Notes under the pieces: generated by a model
What the model saw: only the letters and a program-made list of their open reading frames with translations
What the model was told of the DNA's origin: nothing
The model's database searches: none
Origin: a virus
IMG/VR virus record: IMGVR_UViG_3300046492_000369
Span: 13,042-77,041 of that record
DNA length: 64,000 bases
Strand: one strand, 5' to 3'
Made by a program: the position numbers and the translations under genes
Shown here: positions 7,715 to 17,993 of the stretch, piece by piece
How positions within the stretch are numbered: position 1 is the first letter of the stretch
Layout of the letters: each line of letters begins with the position of its first letter

Positions 7715-10447
7715 TTATGCTGCTTCTTTCTCCTTGGGGTTGAGATAATCATTCACCGCTTCCTTACAGATGGTGATGATCTCTTCTTTACCAGCATTGT
7801 TGGGTAGAGTGATCGGGTTATGCCAGGCAGGCCAGAAGATGTCCAATGCAGCACCCAGCTTCACGGTCGGATGCTGTATCTCAGGCAGCTCCTGCCACTC
7901 CATGCAGGCGATCAGTTCCCGGTTGACCCACTCCGTCACTTCGGCGTCATCGGTCCACAGGTAGTACTGGGCATCATGAATCTGTGCACAAGGCCAGATG
8001 TCATAGCGATACTTCGAGGCCCATACCTTCTCCATGAAGGCATTGGCTGCCCGGTTGTTCAGCAAGCCATAGGACTGTCCCAGTGCATTGCCTGCAGTCC
8101 GGCCTTCCGCTGCAGCTTCATACGGCATGCGCGATGCACCGTAAATCACCTGCTTGAGTAGGGGGGTCCGCAACCGCAGCCCGAATGCCACTTCCACGTA
8201 GCCATCCTTGGTGGCCTGCTTGATGCGATCGGCCACATACTGGTCCGACACCTTGTAGAGCTCATGGTAGTTGGCTTCGATACGCTGTGACTTCTCCTTG
8301 GGCCAGCCGAGGTTGGCCATCATGCCGTGGTACGTGCCTCCGTACGTCAGCAGGAAGGTTGGAGCCTTGCTGTCCTGTCGCCAGTGCTTGGCTTCCTTCT
8401 TGATGCGGTTCACCGACTTCGGATCGGTCACATCAATGTTCAGTCCTTCCGCAATGAGCTCTTCCCGAAAGTAATACGCTGCACGCAGACAGTGACCATC
8501 GAATCCTTGGATGTACACACCCAATTTGTTCGGATCTTTGGTAGTGAGTGCCGAGATATAGTCTTCCAGCGAGTTGAAGTCCGCTCCACCGAACACCATA
8601 CCCTTGGGAGCCATGAAGATGGTCTTGATCAGCTTACCGAGGTGTAGTTCCACGCCGTCGATCATCATAGTGACGTTCGATGGAATGTTTTGCATGTTCG
8701 GATCGGAGGATGACAACCTGCCCGATACCGTGCCTCCGAGGTTAAAGCTACCATGAAGCCAGATGATGCCATCCTTGGCTTTCTCGATCCCCTTCTCAAA
8801 CGCCGGGATGAAGTTAGACAGGATAGTGGTCACTTGGCCATGGCCGATCAGTGCCGTGATCAATCCCTTGTAGGCATCGTCATCGGTGTGGTGCAGCAGC
8901 TTCTCCAATGTCTCCGCTCCGGTGGCAGGCAGCTTGGTGTCGGTGAAGTCGAGTACCGGCAGCCCCATCAGCTCGTACAGCAGGAACTGCAACTGTGGAC
9001 CACTGTTCGGGTTGAACTCAAAACGGGGGAAGGTAGCCCGGTCCTTGGGCTGGATCTTGTCAGGATTCTTGGCTTTGCCTCGCCGTTCTTCATAGTCTTT
9101 CCGCCATTCCTTCTCGGTCATGGCGTCTTCGAACGTGGACAGCACCGGGGTCTTGCGGATCGTAGCCAGGAATTTATCCCGAATCCGCTCCAGCTGCTCC
9201 TTGACCTCTTGCACCCGCTGCTTGTTCATCGGCATGCCGGTCAACTCCATCTGCAGGATGGTCTTCAGGCTCGGAAGGAACAGGTTGTGGTAGATGGCTT
9301 CCTGATTGTCGGCCACCAGCACCGGCCAGTACTTGCCACGGACATAGTGGGTGGACAAGGTATCGACACCGTTGTACTGCAGCAGCTCCGGCAATGGGAT
9401 GCGCCGGATGTCCTTGATATCGTCCTTGGCCCAGTTGCCAGCGAATTCATGGGCTAGCGACTTCAGGCCCAGTACATTGCCAGCGGTAGAATTGGTGGCC
9501 AGGTAGGCGATCAGGCGGGTGTCGTCGATGCCTCCTACCCGGGTCATCACTTCCAACCCTTCCAGCAGCCCTCTCGTATCGAGCAGGTCCTGCATGTACA
9601 GCGTGTAGATGATCACCTTCACGTCATAAGCGGCATGGTGCCAGATCAGCTTGCCCTTGTAGGTGTTGAAAAACTGCTTGAGCGCGGCACGAACGGCAGG
9701 ATTGGGAGCGAAGCGACCAAAATCCGACCGCCGTTCAGTGCCAAGCGGGGCAAGAAGGGAATTATTGGGCTGGTAGTCACATGGAAAAGCAACAAACCGA
9801 TGTTGATCAGGAGCAAAAGCGATGGTCCCGATCCCTGCCTCGTTAAAACGCAGCGAGAAGGCTTCGATGTCACAGGCGAGGGTTGGGTACTCATGGAGGG
9901 CATTTAAGGCCGCCTGGATCGAACTGACGCCTTCTGGGTACACTGCCTGATGGATGATCCCCGTTCCCGGTGCCTGATACGCACCCTGCAGGTGCGAAGC
10001 CAAGGCAAACAGTCCCGCATCGAGCTTGGTTTGCAGGGAGGGATCATAGATCAGTTGCTGGTAGTTCATCCCCAGCACGACATGCAGGTGCTGGAAACCA
10101 TCAATCTTGCAGGGGAGAACGTAGCCAGCGTGGACATCGGCCTTGGCTTGGCCGGTGAGTACCTTGAAGAAGGCACTATCGGAACAATACAGGTGGGTAA
10201 CCTTCAGGGAGGTGAGCGCCGGAAGCAGGGATTCAAGGAGATACTCCTTAATGTGCTTCACGGGCGCCTTCCCCAGTTCATTGTATTCTAATGTATAAGC
10301 GATAACATTAGTAGGGCTCAAACCGTGCGCGGCCAGCTTGTTGACGTAATTCTTCCGCAGTTCGTCCTGTTTGAAGGCTGACACCTTCATCAACAGGGCG
10401 ACTTGGTAGTTGCCGTCCACTGACGGCTCGAAGAGGTGGTAGCGCAT
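7715..10447 (-). CDS. DNA polymerase, family A (N4 gp39-like), with 3'-5' exonuclease domain
   Basis: ExoI DIE, ExoIII YNGVD, GTVSGRLSSSDPNMQNIP, motif A ADFNSLE, motif B RQDSKAPTFLLTYG, motif C QIHDA. Confidence 0.97.
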   Translation of the reverse strand: MRYHLFEPSVDGNYQVALLMKVSAFKQDELRKNYVNKLAAHGLSPTNVIAYTLEYNELGKAPVKHIKEYLLESLLPALTSLKVTHLYCSDSAFFKVLTGQAKADVHAGYVLPCKIDGFQHLHVVLGMNYQQLIYDPSLQTKLDAGLFALASHLQGAYQAPGTGIIHQAVYPEGVSSIQAALNALHEYPTLACDIEAFSLRFNEAGIGTIAFAPDQHRFVAFPCDYQPNNSLLAPLGTERRSDFGRFAPNPAVRAALKQFFNTYKGKLIWHHAAYDVKVIIYTLYMQDLLDTRGLLEGLEVMTRVGGIDDTRLIAYLATNSTAGNVLGLKSLAHEFAGNWAKDDIKDIRRIPLPELLQYNGVDTLSTHYVRGKYWPVLVADNQEAIYHNLFLPSLKTILQMELTGMPMNKQRVQEVKEQLERIRDKFLATIRKTPVLSTFEDAMTEKEWRKDYEERRGKAKNPDKIQPKDRATFPRFEFNPNSGPQLQFLLYELMGLPVLDFTDTKLPATGAETLEKLLHHTDDDAYKGLITALIGHGQVTTILSNFIPAFEKGIEKAKDGIIWLHGSFNLGGTVSGRLSSSDPNMQNIPSNVTMMIDGVELHLGKLIKTIFMAPKGMVFGGADFNSLEDYISALTTKDPNKLGVYIQGFDGHCLRAAYYFREELIAEGLNIDVTDPKSVNRIKKEAKHWRQDSKAPTFLLTYGGTYHGMMANLGWPKEKSQRIEANYHELYKVSDQYVADRIKQATKDGYVEVAFGLRLRTPLLKQVIYGASRMPYEAAAEGRTAGNALGQSYGLLNNRAANAFMEKVWASKYRYDIWPCAQIHDAQYYLWTDDAEVTEWVNRELIACMEWQELPEIQHPTVKLGAALDIFWPAWHNPITLPNNAGKEEIITICKEAVNDYLNPKEKEAA

Positions 10448-10458
10448 TGTTATTGTTC

Positions 10459-10980
10459 CTATGTAATGACCAGTTCCAGCACCATCCGCTTTTTGAGCAT
10501 CAGGAGCCAGTCCTTGTGTGCTTCCTTGAATGCTTCCACCTGTTCATCCGTCATCTCCCGTGGTAAGACGAACTCAGCAGGCAAGAACAGGTTGTAGATG
10601 GCGCTGTGTAAGCTCTCTGGCAGGATCTGCAGGTAGTCATGCACACTGTTGCTGGCATTGAGCATCTTGTTGAAGAAACCAACGACGAAAGGCACCTCGG
10701 TGTACTCAAGGTGCTTCTTTTCCGCCAAGTATTCATCCATGCTTGGCTGCAATTCTGGCAGAAGTCGGTTGGTTTTGAAACGGGGATGGGTGAATTCGAA
10801 GCTGTAGTACTCGCCCTTGTAGGTGAAGGACTCATGTACGTACCGGGCTGCCGTGGTGTTGGTACGCAACAGTTCCTTCAGTTTGGCTTCGAAACGCCGG
10901 TGGGTCGGCGCATACATGGCGGCTTCAAGGGCGTTCTTGATGGTCTGCTTGACCCGAGGTTCCAGTTTGGGTCTGTGCAT
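10459..10980 (-). CDS. Conserved N4-like hypothetical protein upstream of the polymerase
   Basis: Syntenic position; SD GGGAG. Confidence 0.7.
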   Translation of the reverse strand: MHRPKLEPRVKQTIKNALEAAMYAPTHRRFEAKLKELLRTNTTAARYVHESFTYKGEYYSFEFTHPRFKTNRLLPELQPSMDEYLAEKKHLEYTEVPFVVGFFNKMLNASNSVHDYLQILPESLHSAIYNLFLPAEFVLPREMTDEQVEAFKEAHKDWLLMLKKRMVLELVIT

Positions 10981-10991
10981 GGGAGTCTCCC

Positions 10992-11192
10992 TTAGTTGGG
11001 TGCCCCCTTGGCTTGCCTCTGGGAGCGGAGTCGATCGGCAGCCTGCACGATCAAGCTGATCAGTGCACGCATCTTGTAGGTACTGCCTTCTGAGCTGTTG
11101 GCTAAAGCCAACTGCTGTCCATAGATCCGGGCCAGACTGTCCAGCTCATCGAAGGTCAGTCCGCAATCATCCATGCTGGATTGGTTGGTCAT
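10992..11192 (-). CDS. Hypothetical protein
   Basis: 4-bp overlap with the upstream gene. Confidence 0.6.
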   Translation of the reverse strand: MTNQSSMDDCGLTFDELDSLARIYGQQLALANSSEGSTYKMRALISLIVQAADRLRSQRQAKGAPN

Positions 11193-11383
11193 TGTTTCCT
11201 CGCGTATTGCATATCCTGCAGGTGATGCAGTGTGACCAGCAGCACCTTACGGGTAATTTCAAATGCAGAGCCAAGTTTTCTCAGACTTTCTATCGCTTCC
11301 TGATAGTCCTTGATGCCCTGCTCCAGCTCATCGTTGGTGATGCTTCCACCATCACAGCATTTACGATAGAGATCACGACTCAC
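11189..11383 (-). CDS. Hypothetical protein
   Basis: 4-bp overlaps on both sides. Confidence 0.6.
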   Translation of the reverse strand: MSRDLYRKCCDGGSITNDELEQGIKDYQEAIESLRKLGSAFEITRKVLLVTLHHLQDMQYARKQ

Positions 11384-11769
11384 AGCAGCCCCTCCGGTAT
11401 GTCGACTTCATCGCCCAACTTGCTGGCGATTAGGCAGCGCATGGCGGCGATCAGGGGCGTTTGGCCGTGGATATTGCGGCTACTATCCTTCGACGCCAGC
11501 CATAGCTCTTCGTAGTGGTCACCCTTCTCGTTCCCTTTTGGGAAGTACAGGTCATTACCACGAAGTACATTAATGCGCTCGCGCTCGATGATCGGACCGC
11601 CCTGTGCCCAGTTGGTGGAATGGGACTGCTGCCACAATCCCGCCTCCCATACCGGATTGGGGAACAACGAGCCGTCATCGTTACGCATCAACGTGGTGTT
11701 CTTCCCCTCGCACTTTGCCACCGCCCAGTCAAGGGCAGCGCCGATTAATTCGCTGGTTTTGATCATCAT
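11380..11769 (-). CDS. NinX/DUF2591-family protein
   Basis: LIGAALDWAVA...STNWAQGGPIIERE...GQTPLIAAMRC..ASKLG signature. Confidence 0.8.
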   Translation of the reverse strand: MMIKTSELIGAALDWAVAKCEGKNTTLMRNDDGSLFPNPVWEAGLWQQSHSTNWAQGGPIIERERINVLRGNDLYFPKGNEKGDHYEELWLASKDSSRNIHGQTPLIAAMRCLIASKLGDEVDIPEGLL

Positions 11770-13109
11770 GCGAAGTCTCCAACGAGATAAATATAATGAC
11801 GTGCCCTACTTACGGCTACATACATCAAGCGAGCAATCAGGTCACCCAAGTTACACCGGCTCACATCGTCCAAGTCGATGAATACTTTGTCGTAAGTGGA
11901 GCCCTGACTCTTGTTGATGGTCTGCGCAAACGCTGCACGCAGGTCGAACCAGCATTCCTCGATTTCGGCCAGCAGTCGATATTCGTTGAGGGCTTTGGCT
12001 CGCTTCACGCGCTCATTCTTGGCAGCCAAGGACTTGGGGAAGAATGCCCGGATGCTGTAATCGACCGTGACCCAGTTGCCGACGACATCGTGGTACTCGA
12101 CATCGGGTTCGATGCAGGTGATGTACACCAGTTGATCGGTCTTGATACTGTGCTTGCCTACGATGACATGCTTGTTGCATACCACGTAGTCACCCACTGC
12201 AAAGTGCGGGTCACCGGAAATGTGGTTATTCACCGCATGGTTGTAGTCGATCACGCACTTGTTGGTCCAGCCAAGGATCTTCGAATCGTTGTAACGCCAG
12301 TCGTTACGGGTGAATTCGTCGATGATCCTGTCCTCGAAGTCACTGCGCGGCAGATGGACAATATGATGGCCATCTGGCTTGAAGTTAAACCACTGACCAC
12401 TACTCACCGTATTTCGGAACTGGGTAGCTAGTGTGATGATCGGGTTGCCTTCAGCCTGACGCATCACCTTCTCCAGTTTGGCCGTGGTAAAGCCTGCATC
12501 GAATACTGGAGTGTTGTTGTACTTCACAGGAGGAAGCTGGGCCGGATCCCCGATGAACATGATCTTGCAGTTCTGGGTCTTCTTGAAGATCGTGGTCAAG
12601 AGCTTACTGTCGATCATGGACGCTTCGTCGATGATCAGGATGTAACCGAATTCCGGGATTTCACTGCGAGGTACCAGTTCAGTATGGCCGGTACGGTAGT
12701 CCTTCGACACCCGCAAACCAAGGAAGCTATGAATAGTCCGCACTTCCATGCCGGTGATCTGGGCCAGTGCCTCGGCTGCCTTGTTAGTGGTAGCTGTCAG
12801 CTGAATCTGGTAGTCGAACATGCTCGGGTTGACCAGCTTAGCCATCTGCAAGTACTTGGGCATGTTGTCCATCAGAGTCTTGACCAGCGTGCTCTTGCCG
12901 GTGCCAGCGTAACCTTGCAGTACAAAGACCTGCTCGATCGGGCTGATCAGGAAATTGATGAACATATTCTTGGCTTTTTCCTGGTCCTCGGACAGGATGA
13001 AGGCTGGAGCTGTGACATCGACTTCTTCCGGAGCAGGAGGCCACTCACTGCGATCAAACAGATCATCTATCGCTGCATCTTCTTCTTCAGGCGAGTTAAA
13101 GTCACTCAT
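11766..13109 (-). CDS. SF1 DNA helicase (Dda/RecD-like, N4 gp37-like)
   Basis: GYAGTGKS, TIHSFLGL, IIDEASM, GDPAQLPPV, TINKSQGST, YVAVSRAR. Confidence 0.95.
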   Translation of the reverse strand: MSDFNSPEEEDAAIDDLFDRSEWPPAPEEVDVTAPAFILSEDQEKAKNMFINFLISPIEQVFVLQGYAGTGKSTLVKTLMDNMPKYLQMAKLVNPSMFDYQIQLTATTNKAAEALAQITGMEVRTIHSFLGLRVSKDYRTGHTELVPRSEIPEFGYILIIDEASMIDSKLLTTIFKKTQNCKIMFIGDPAQLPPVKYNNTPVFDAGFTTAKLEKVMRQAEGNPIITLATQFRNTVSSGQWFNFKPDGHHIVHLPRSDFEDRIIDEFTRNDWRYNDSKILGWTNKCVIDYNHAVNNHISGDPHFAVGDYVVCNKHVIVGKHSIKTDQLVYITCIEPDVEYHDVVGNWVTVDYSIRAFFPKSLAAKNERVKRAKALNEYRLLAEIEECWFDLRAAFAQTINKSQGSTYDKVFIDLDDVSRCNLGDLIARLMYVAVSRARHYIYLVGDFA

Positions 13110-13117
13110 GTGGTTTC

Positions 13118-14284
13118 CTATTCGGTGTGGGTGTTGTAGTAGATAATTTTCCCGAACGGGGCAGTCCAGTCCGGGTTATCGTGGATCATCCACAGGATGT
13201 TGGTGTTACAGGTATCCCTGTCGTGATAGAAGCCACCATCAGTAAAGATCATGGCCACCTTCGGCTTGGTCTTCTCGATATGGTCCAATACATCGGTGAT
13301 GACAGTACCACCCCGGCCATGGAACTTCACATTGGCCAAGTCCACGACGTTACGCACCGGAGTGATCGACTTGATGCAGGTGTCGAACTGTCCCAGCTCG
13401 ATCTTTTTGGGCTTCATCATGCGCAGGATACCGTTGATCTCGGAGACGAAGCGTTGGAAGTCCTCATCGGTTTCCGAACCAGAGATATCCACCCATGCCT
13501 GGAAGTCCACCATGGCCCCTTCGCTCCACAGCGATGGAAGATAGTGATCTGGCATGAAACGACGGTTGGGTCGCTTCCAGCTATAGTCGAACTTGCCCAA
13601 GCTTTTGAGCCACTTGCGCAGAATGGTCTGCCATGGCAACTTGGGGTCGAGCAGCTTGTCGAGGTACAGTTCGATCTCGCCAGGAATGGCTCCTGGCTTT
13701 TCATTGGCCATGCGGGAATGGGTAATGGCCCGAACCAAGATGTCATCGAGCGATCGCTTCAAATCATCGGCAGGCATCTTGTCGCCTTGCCCTTCACCGT
13801 CACCTTCCCCGGGTTCACGCAGGTCCGGCATGCCATTTTGCGGTTGCGGTGCCCCTTGCTGTTGTTCCTCCTGCAGGAGCTTGTACACTTCTTCGGTGCT
13901 CATGCCCTTGAAACGGTCATCGGCCAGTCGCATGGCAGGCAGCTTGAAGCCACGTTCCAGCAAGTACAGGTTGATAACATGATCGGCTGCAATGTTGAAC
14001 AGGTTACGGTCCCGGGTACCTAGACGCACCGTATGCATGTAGGCCACATGGCAGCACTCGTGCACCAACACACCGATCCGTTCTTCTGGCCTCAGGCTCA
14101 GGAAGAAGTTACGGTTGAACCCCAGCTTCAGTCCCGTGGTCCATGCGGTTGGGTGGGCATCATCCCAGACGAACTTCATGCTGAACAGGATGGTAGTAAA
14201 GAAGTGGGTTTCCGGGTGCTGCATCAGGCCGATCTTGGCCTTGTCCAGCAGCTTGTTCAGCTGGGCTTGATCAATGGTTTGCAT
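13118..14284 (-). CDS. Metallopeptidase-like + vWA domain protein (N4 gp25-like; partner of the MoxR AAA ATPase)
   Basis: HECCH (HExxH), MIDAS DISGS, GRGGT, FTDG. Confidence 0.9.
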   Translation of the reverse strand: MQTIDQAQLNKLLDKAKIGLMQHPETHFFTTILFSMKFVWDDAHPTAWTTGLKLGFNRNFFLSLRPEERIGVLVHECCHVAYMHTVRLGTRDRNLFNIAADHVINLYLLERGFKLPAMRLADDRFKGMSTEEVYKLLQEEQQQGAPQPQNGMPDLREPGEGDGEGQGDKMPADDLKRSLDDILVRAITHSRMANEKPGAIPGEIELYLDKLLDPKLPWQTILRKWLKSLGKFDYSWKRPNRRFMPDHYLPSLWSEGAMVDFQAWVDISGSETDEDFQRFVSEINGILRMMKPKKIELGQFDTCIKSITPVRNVVDLANVKFHGRGGTVITDVLDHIEKTKPKVAMIFTDGGFYHDRDTCNTNILWMIHDNPDWTAPFGKIIYYNTHTE

Positions 14285-14341
14285 GTGGTCCTCTGTGGAT
14301 TGGAAGGGCGAAGCTCACCCAGCGCAGGACAGCGCCTGTCT

Positions 14342-14611
14342 TTAATAGGCTGGGTGAAATTGGGCCACGTTAGGTTGAACAGCAGGCTCTTCATTTTTGT
14401 AGAGGAACTGCTTGAGCCGGATAATGCGGTTGTGGTGGTATTCGGCAGTCAACTTGTGGATCTGCACTCGCAAAGCCGCGTATTCTGCCATGGATTGGGC
14501 TTGCAGCTCAGCCAGCTCTGCTTGTTTGAGTTCAGCATGGGCCAGCTTCATTGGAGTAGGTTGAAACCGCTGGAGGAAGCGTTCCCACCAGCTTAATGTC
14601 TGTCCGTACAT
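14342..14611 (-). CDS. Hypothetical coiled-coil protein
   Basis: SD AGGGG; helical composition. Confidence 0.65.
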   Translation of the reverse strand: MYGQTLSWWERFLQRFQPTPMKLAHAELKQAELAELQAQSMAEYAALRVQIHKLTAEYHHNRIIRLKQFLYKNEEPAVQPNVAQFHPAY

Positions 14612-14625
14612 GATAATCCCCTATA

Positions 14626-14808
14626 TCATTTATATTGTTTTCCGTATTCGCAGTTACAGGGCTTCCTGCCCTGATCACAGTCACCAGCACAACCATAGAC
14701 AATGCGATGTGCTTCGGTACGACGATCCTTGCCAGTACGACGTTCCCCGATCAGGTACTGCCAAAACAGTACCCAAGGCCATGTCGATCCCTTACGCCGG
14801 TCACTCAT
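14626..14808 (-). CDS. Small Cys-rich hypothetical protein
   Basis: 4-bp overlap; CAGDCDQGRKPCNC motif. Confidence 0.6.
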   Translation of the reverse strand: MSDRRKGSTWPWVLFWQYLIGERRTGKDRRTEAHRIVYGCAGDCDQGRKPCNCEYGKQYK

Positions 14809-15110
14809 AGCAACTTGTCCTTCGCTGGCCAGATGTGATCCACCTTATCCAGCAGTTCTTCCAGTGTGCTGGCCTCGTACGATTCAAAGCCAACCGGAGT
14901 CTCTGGGTATACCTGAAAGACAAAGACACCCTTTGGATCTACCGGCTCGTAGTACAGGGCACTTTGACGACAGTCGATGGAAGCGGAGACACCGGACTCC
15001 AGCATCTTCTTGAGCTTACGGAAGCGTGCACCATCCTTCAGCATGGCTTCAACATCCTGCTGAAAGGCCATCATCTCGTGATGGGTCATTACCTTGGCTT
15101 TGATACTCAC
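14805..15110 (-). CDS. Hypothetical protein
   Basis: GTG start at 15110 with GGAG SD. Confidence 0.6.
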   Translation of the reverse strand: MSIKAKVMTHHEMMAFQQDVEAMLKDGARFRKLKKMLESGVSASIDCRQSALYYEPVDPKGVFVFQVYPETPVGFESYEASTLEELLDKVDHIWPAKDKLL

Positions 15111-15120
15111 TAGTTTCTCC

Positions 15121-15450
15121 TTACAGGAAGTAGGCAACGGCCCGGACAGGATTGCGACGCAAAGGATCGTCGAACTTAGTAGGATCATCCTTGTAGGTGG
15201 TTTCAACCCGGTTATCCTTGTGACGCACGAATTCAGCAAACAACCTGCCTGTGTCGGCCGAGAATACCTGCGCCACGCTGGAGCCATAATGGTTCATCGA
15301 CATATGCATGAAGCAGCGCATGGCTGCCGTGTTCGGCTTGTTGGCGGTGGTCTTCTTCACCACTACACCTTCTTCGATGTAGGCAGTAATGATCGGACGT
15401 TGGGAGTTGACCCCTTCCAGTACCTTGCGACGTTGAGTAATAGTGAACAT
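15121..15450 (-). CDS. Hypothetical protein
   Basis: ATG 15450 immediately after the HNH stop. Confidence 0.6.
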   Translation of the reverse strand: MFTITQRRKVLEGVNSQRPIITAYIEEGVVVKKTTANKPNTAAMRCFMHMSMNHYGSSVAQVFSADTGRLFAEFVRHKDNRVETTYKDDPTKFDDPLRRNPVRAVAYFL

Positions 15451-15451
15451 G

Positions 15452-15805
15452 TTAGGCAGCGATTTTCTCAAGGGTGAATGGATGGACATCACGGCCAAAC
15501 AGCACCGCTTTGCCTCTTAATGTATTGATCTGATGGGTGACCGGCTCTAGATGAGCCGGGTTAACGCAACAACGAGTACTACAGCGATGGTCGAGCAACA
15601 GTCCTTCCGGGATGGGACCAACCAGTGCTTCATAGGCCAGCCGATGGGCCATACGCTCATCGCCATCATGGAACAGCCTGCCATAGCCATTGCGGTTCAA
15701 TCGAGCGACCCACACCCAGCACTCGCCAACAGGGGCAAGTACCAGTACGGGAACCACCCGATCAAGGATCTTCTCGATGAGCCTTTCTCGATGGGTGTGG
15801 GTCAT
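15452..15805 (-). CDS. Free-standing HNH endonuclease
   Basis: CWVW...GYG...AHRLAYE...GPIPEG..LDHRC..RCCVNPAHLE.VT...N. Confidence 0.9.
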   Translation of the reverse strand: MTHTHRERLIEKILDRVVPVLVLAPVGECWVWVARLNRNGYGRLFHDGDERMAHRLAYEALVGPIPEGLLLDHRCSTRCCVNPAHLEPVTHQINTLRGKAVLFGRDVHPFTLEKIAA

Positions 15806-15811
15806 GATGTC

Positions 15812-16180
15812 CTACCCGTTAAGAATGGCTGTGACGTGGACGACCTTCGAGATGATCAGGCCTACTCCGGCAATACGGTGCTGATAATTGGCATCCATGC
15901 AGCGGATATGCGCTAGTACTGCTTTGTGCAGCGACTGACCATCATTGATGAAGCCAGAATTGAAATCGACTTGGCCGGGTGGTGGGGGTTCTCCCACGTA
16001 CACGGCTTCAGCAATCCGGGTGTAGATGTTCCCATCCCAGAATTCAGTGGGGATCTCATCGATCGGTGGTAGCAACCTCTGTGTACCTCGCCAGAATTCC
16101 AGCTCGGTGATCGAATCCAAATCAGCTTGGGTGATATTCCATGGCTTAGGGGGTTCAGGTGCTTTCTTCTTGGCTTTCAT
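15812..16180 (-). CDS. Hypothetical protein
   Basis: 4-bp overlap; LLPP..EIP.EFW motif. Confidence 0.7.
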   Translation of the reverse strand: MKAKKKAPEPPKPWNITQADLDSITELEFWRGTQRLLPPIDEIPTEFWDGNIYTRIAEAVYVGEPPPPGQVDFNSGFINDGQSLHKAVLAHIRCMDANYQHRIAGVGLIISKVVHVTAILNG

Positions 16181-16860
16181 GAGTCATCCTTACGTGCGAG
16201 CTGGGCGGCACGCTCTGATACCTTTGGGTCAAGCGCGATTTCTTCTCGCCATGCGATCAAACGAGCTAGCGATCCCCGTGCATCGTTCTCGTCCCAAGGG
16301 AGTTCACCCGACACTACGCAGGCATCCGTTACGGCGTCATACCACTGCTTATAGCGCGCGAGCTGGGCTTGAACTTGAGCCAACGCCTTTTCGGATTCTG
16401 CTGCATGCCGTTGCTCATACTCCTTGGCCTGATGTGCACTGGCTAACTGGGCGCGCAGGTCGGCAGCTGTCTGCTCTAGCTCGATGCAATACAAGCTGGT
16501 CGCCTTCGAGATCGGACAGGCTTGCTGCTGGGCGCTATATGCTGCGATGGCGTCGAGGGCGTCGAGGGCGTACTGGCGCATCTGACGTGCGGTGTAGTAC
16601 GGATCGCCTGCTTTCCCGAATACGCTTGTAAAGCGCAGCGTGTGGTCCGGCAGCGGCGGCAGTCCCTCGTCGCTCCCATGCGCAGCAACAGCGGAGGATG
16701 GGGCGGTGCGGCGGGCGGCTTGCCATGCTTCCCATAACTCGCAAACGTAATGATCCGTGTACGAGTCCCCTTCGCGTTCAGATTTCGGGCCAACCCTGTC
16801 ATTCAGGCCAAGCCACGCCTCAAACGCTGCCCGCTCGGCTTCGATGTTCAGATTGCTCAT
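16177..16860 (-). CDS. Hypothetical protein of temperate-phage type (mosaic)
   Basis: ERAAFEAW...WEAWQAAR and LPPLP...YTARQMRQYA modules typical of lambdoid early accessory genes. Confidence 0.65.
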   Translation of the reverse strand: MSNLNIEAERAAFEAWLGLNDRVGPKSEREGDSYTDHYVCELWEAWQAARRTAPSSAVAAHGSDEGLPPLPDHTLRFTSVFGKAGDPYYTARQMRQYALDALDAIAAYSAQQQACPISKATSLYCIELEQTAADLRAQLASAHQAKEYEQRHAAESEKALAQVQAQLARYKQWYDAVTDACVVSGELPWDENDARGSLARLIAWREEIALDPKVSERAAQLARKDDS

Positions 16861-17207
16861 TGCTGTCCTTTCTCGCCCGACTCCGGGGCGGGGGTTCTCT
16901 GCTGATTCATTGCCGCCAGAATCTCGTCCTGGCGGGCCTTCATGAAGTCCGCGATGGTCTGCTGGATGTCCAGAAACTCGCACTTGGTCCGGCTGTGCTG
17001 CAATGTGTAGCCGCGCCGCGCCATGAACCACAGGAACACATCGATGGTGTAGATGTGTGCGTCACGCCAAGTGATGGCCTTAGTGCCGTCGTGCGCATGG
17101 ACCAGTCCGTGGATCGTCTTGAACAGGTCTTTCTGGTCGTGGAAGTCGCGCATGAACTCCGGGAGGTATTCAGCGGAATCCAGCCACGCCCGCAGGTCGC
17201 GCGTCAC
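16857..17207 (-). CDS. Conserved phage hypothetical protein
   Basis: YLPEFMRDFHDQKDLFK...HIYTIDVFLWFMARRGYTLQ; GTG start overlapping the upstream stop. Confidence 0.7.
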   Translation of the reverse strand: MTRDLRAWLDSAEYLPEFMRDFHDQKDLFKTIHGLVHAHDGTKAITWRDAHIYTIDVFLWFMARRGYTLQHSRTKCEFLDIQQTIADFMKARQDEILAAMNQQRTPAPESGEKGQQ

Positions 17208-17989
17208 TTCGCACCGCCTTCCTGACCTGCTGCGCCCACAGCGGCGGCTCTGACCCCGCTGAGCAAACGCGCGTTGAGGTAGCCGTTGGCATCCTTGACC
17301 CGTACAAACACACGGTGCGCGTCCTTCTCGCCGTCTTTCACCTGATGCGACAGCGCGCCCCATACGTAGTAGCCGACGACGGTATGCTCGACCCATGCGT
17401 CTTGGCGAGCGAGGTGGATCAGCACTTTCGACCCAACTGGCGGCAGCAAGTCGCCCTCTACCGGCTCCACTTCACCCGCATTGGCGGCAGCAGGCGCAGG
17501 GGCGGCTCGCTGGGCGAGCACTTCGCGCGCAAACTTCAGGATTGCATTCAATGGACCGCCGAAACTCAACCAACGGCTCTGTACCCGGTTGAAAATCTGC
17601 ACAATCTTTTCGTCGGTCACTACTTCTATATGCTGTGCAGCCGAAGGGTTGGGGGATGGGGCGACGAACTTAGTAACTGCCTCGCGCACCTTCCGTGCTA
17701 CGTCTTCACCTTTACCGATATAGCGCCATACTTCAGAGTTTCCTTCGCGGACAAGGCTCTGTGAAAAACTAGTAGTATCCAGTTCTTCAGCAACCATGCG
17801 AAGGATTTCATAAAGCTCGCGCGCTGCCGTGGTGGCCGCTTGCTGTGCAGTAGTGGCGCGGCGCGCGAGGGCGATCATTTCACGCAATTTGTCTGACGCA
17901 CTGTACTGAAAGTTACCTTCCAACTGATCAGCGATTGCTTCCAGCTTGTCCAGGTCGATGCCTCCCGGTTCGGTAGTGTGTTTGCTCAT
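17204..17989 (-). CDS. Mosaic hypothetical protein (Ead/Ea22-like N-terminus)
   Basis: IDLDKLEA N-terminus; C-terminal LLPPVGSKVLIHL...HRVFVRV..NARLL module; SD GAGG. Confidence 0.65.
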   Translation of the reverse strand: MSKHTTEPGGIDLDKLEAIADQLEGNFQYSASDKLREMIALARRATTAQQAATTAARELYEILRMVAEELDTTSFSQSLVREGNSEVWRYIGKGEDVARKVREAVTKFVAPSPNPSAAQHIEVVTDEKIVQIFNRVQSRWLSFGGPLNAILKFAREVLAQRAAPAPAAANAGEVEPVEGDLLPPVGSKVLIHLARQDAWVEHTVVGYYVWGALSHQVKDGEKDAHRVFVRVKDANGYLNARLLSGVRAAAVGAAGQEGGAK

Positions 17990-17993
17990 GGTG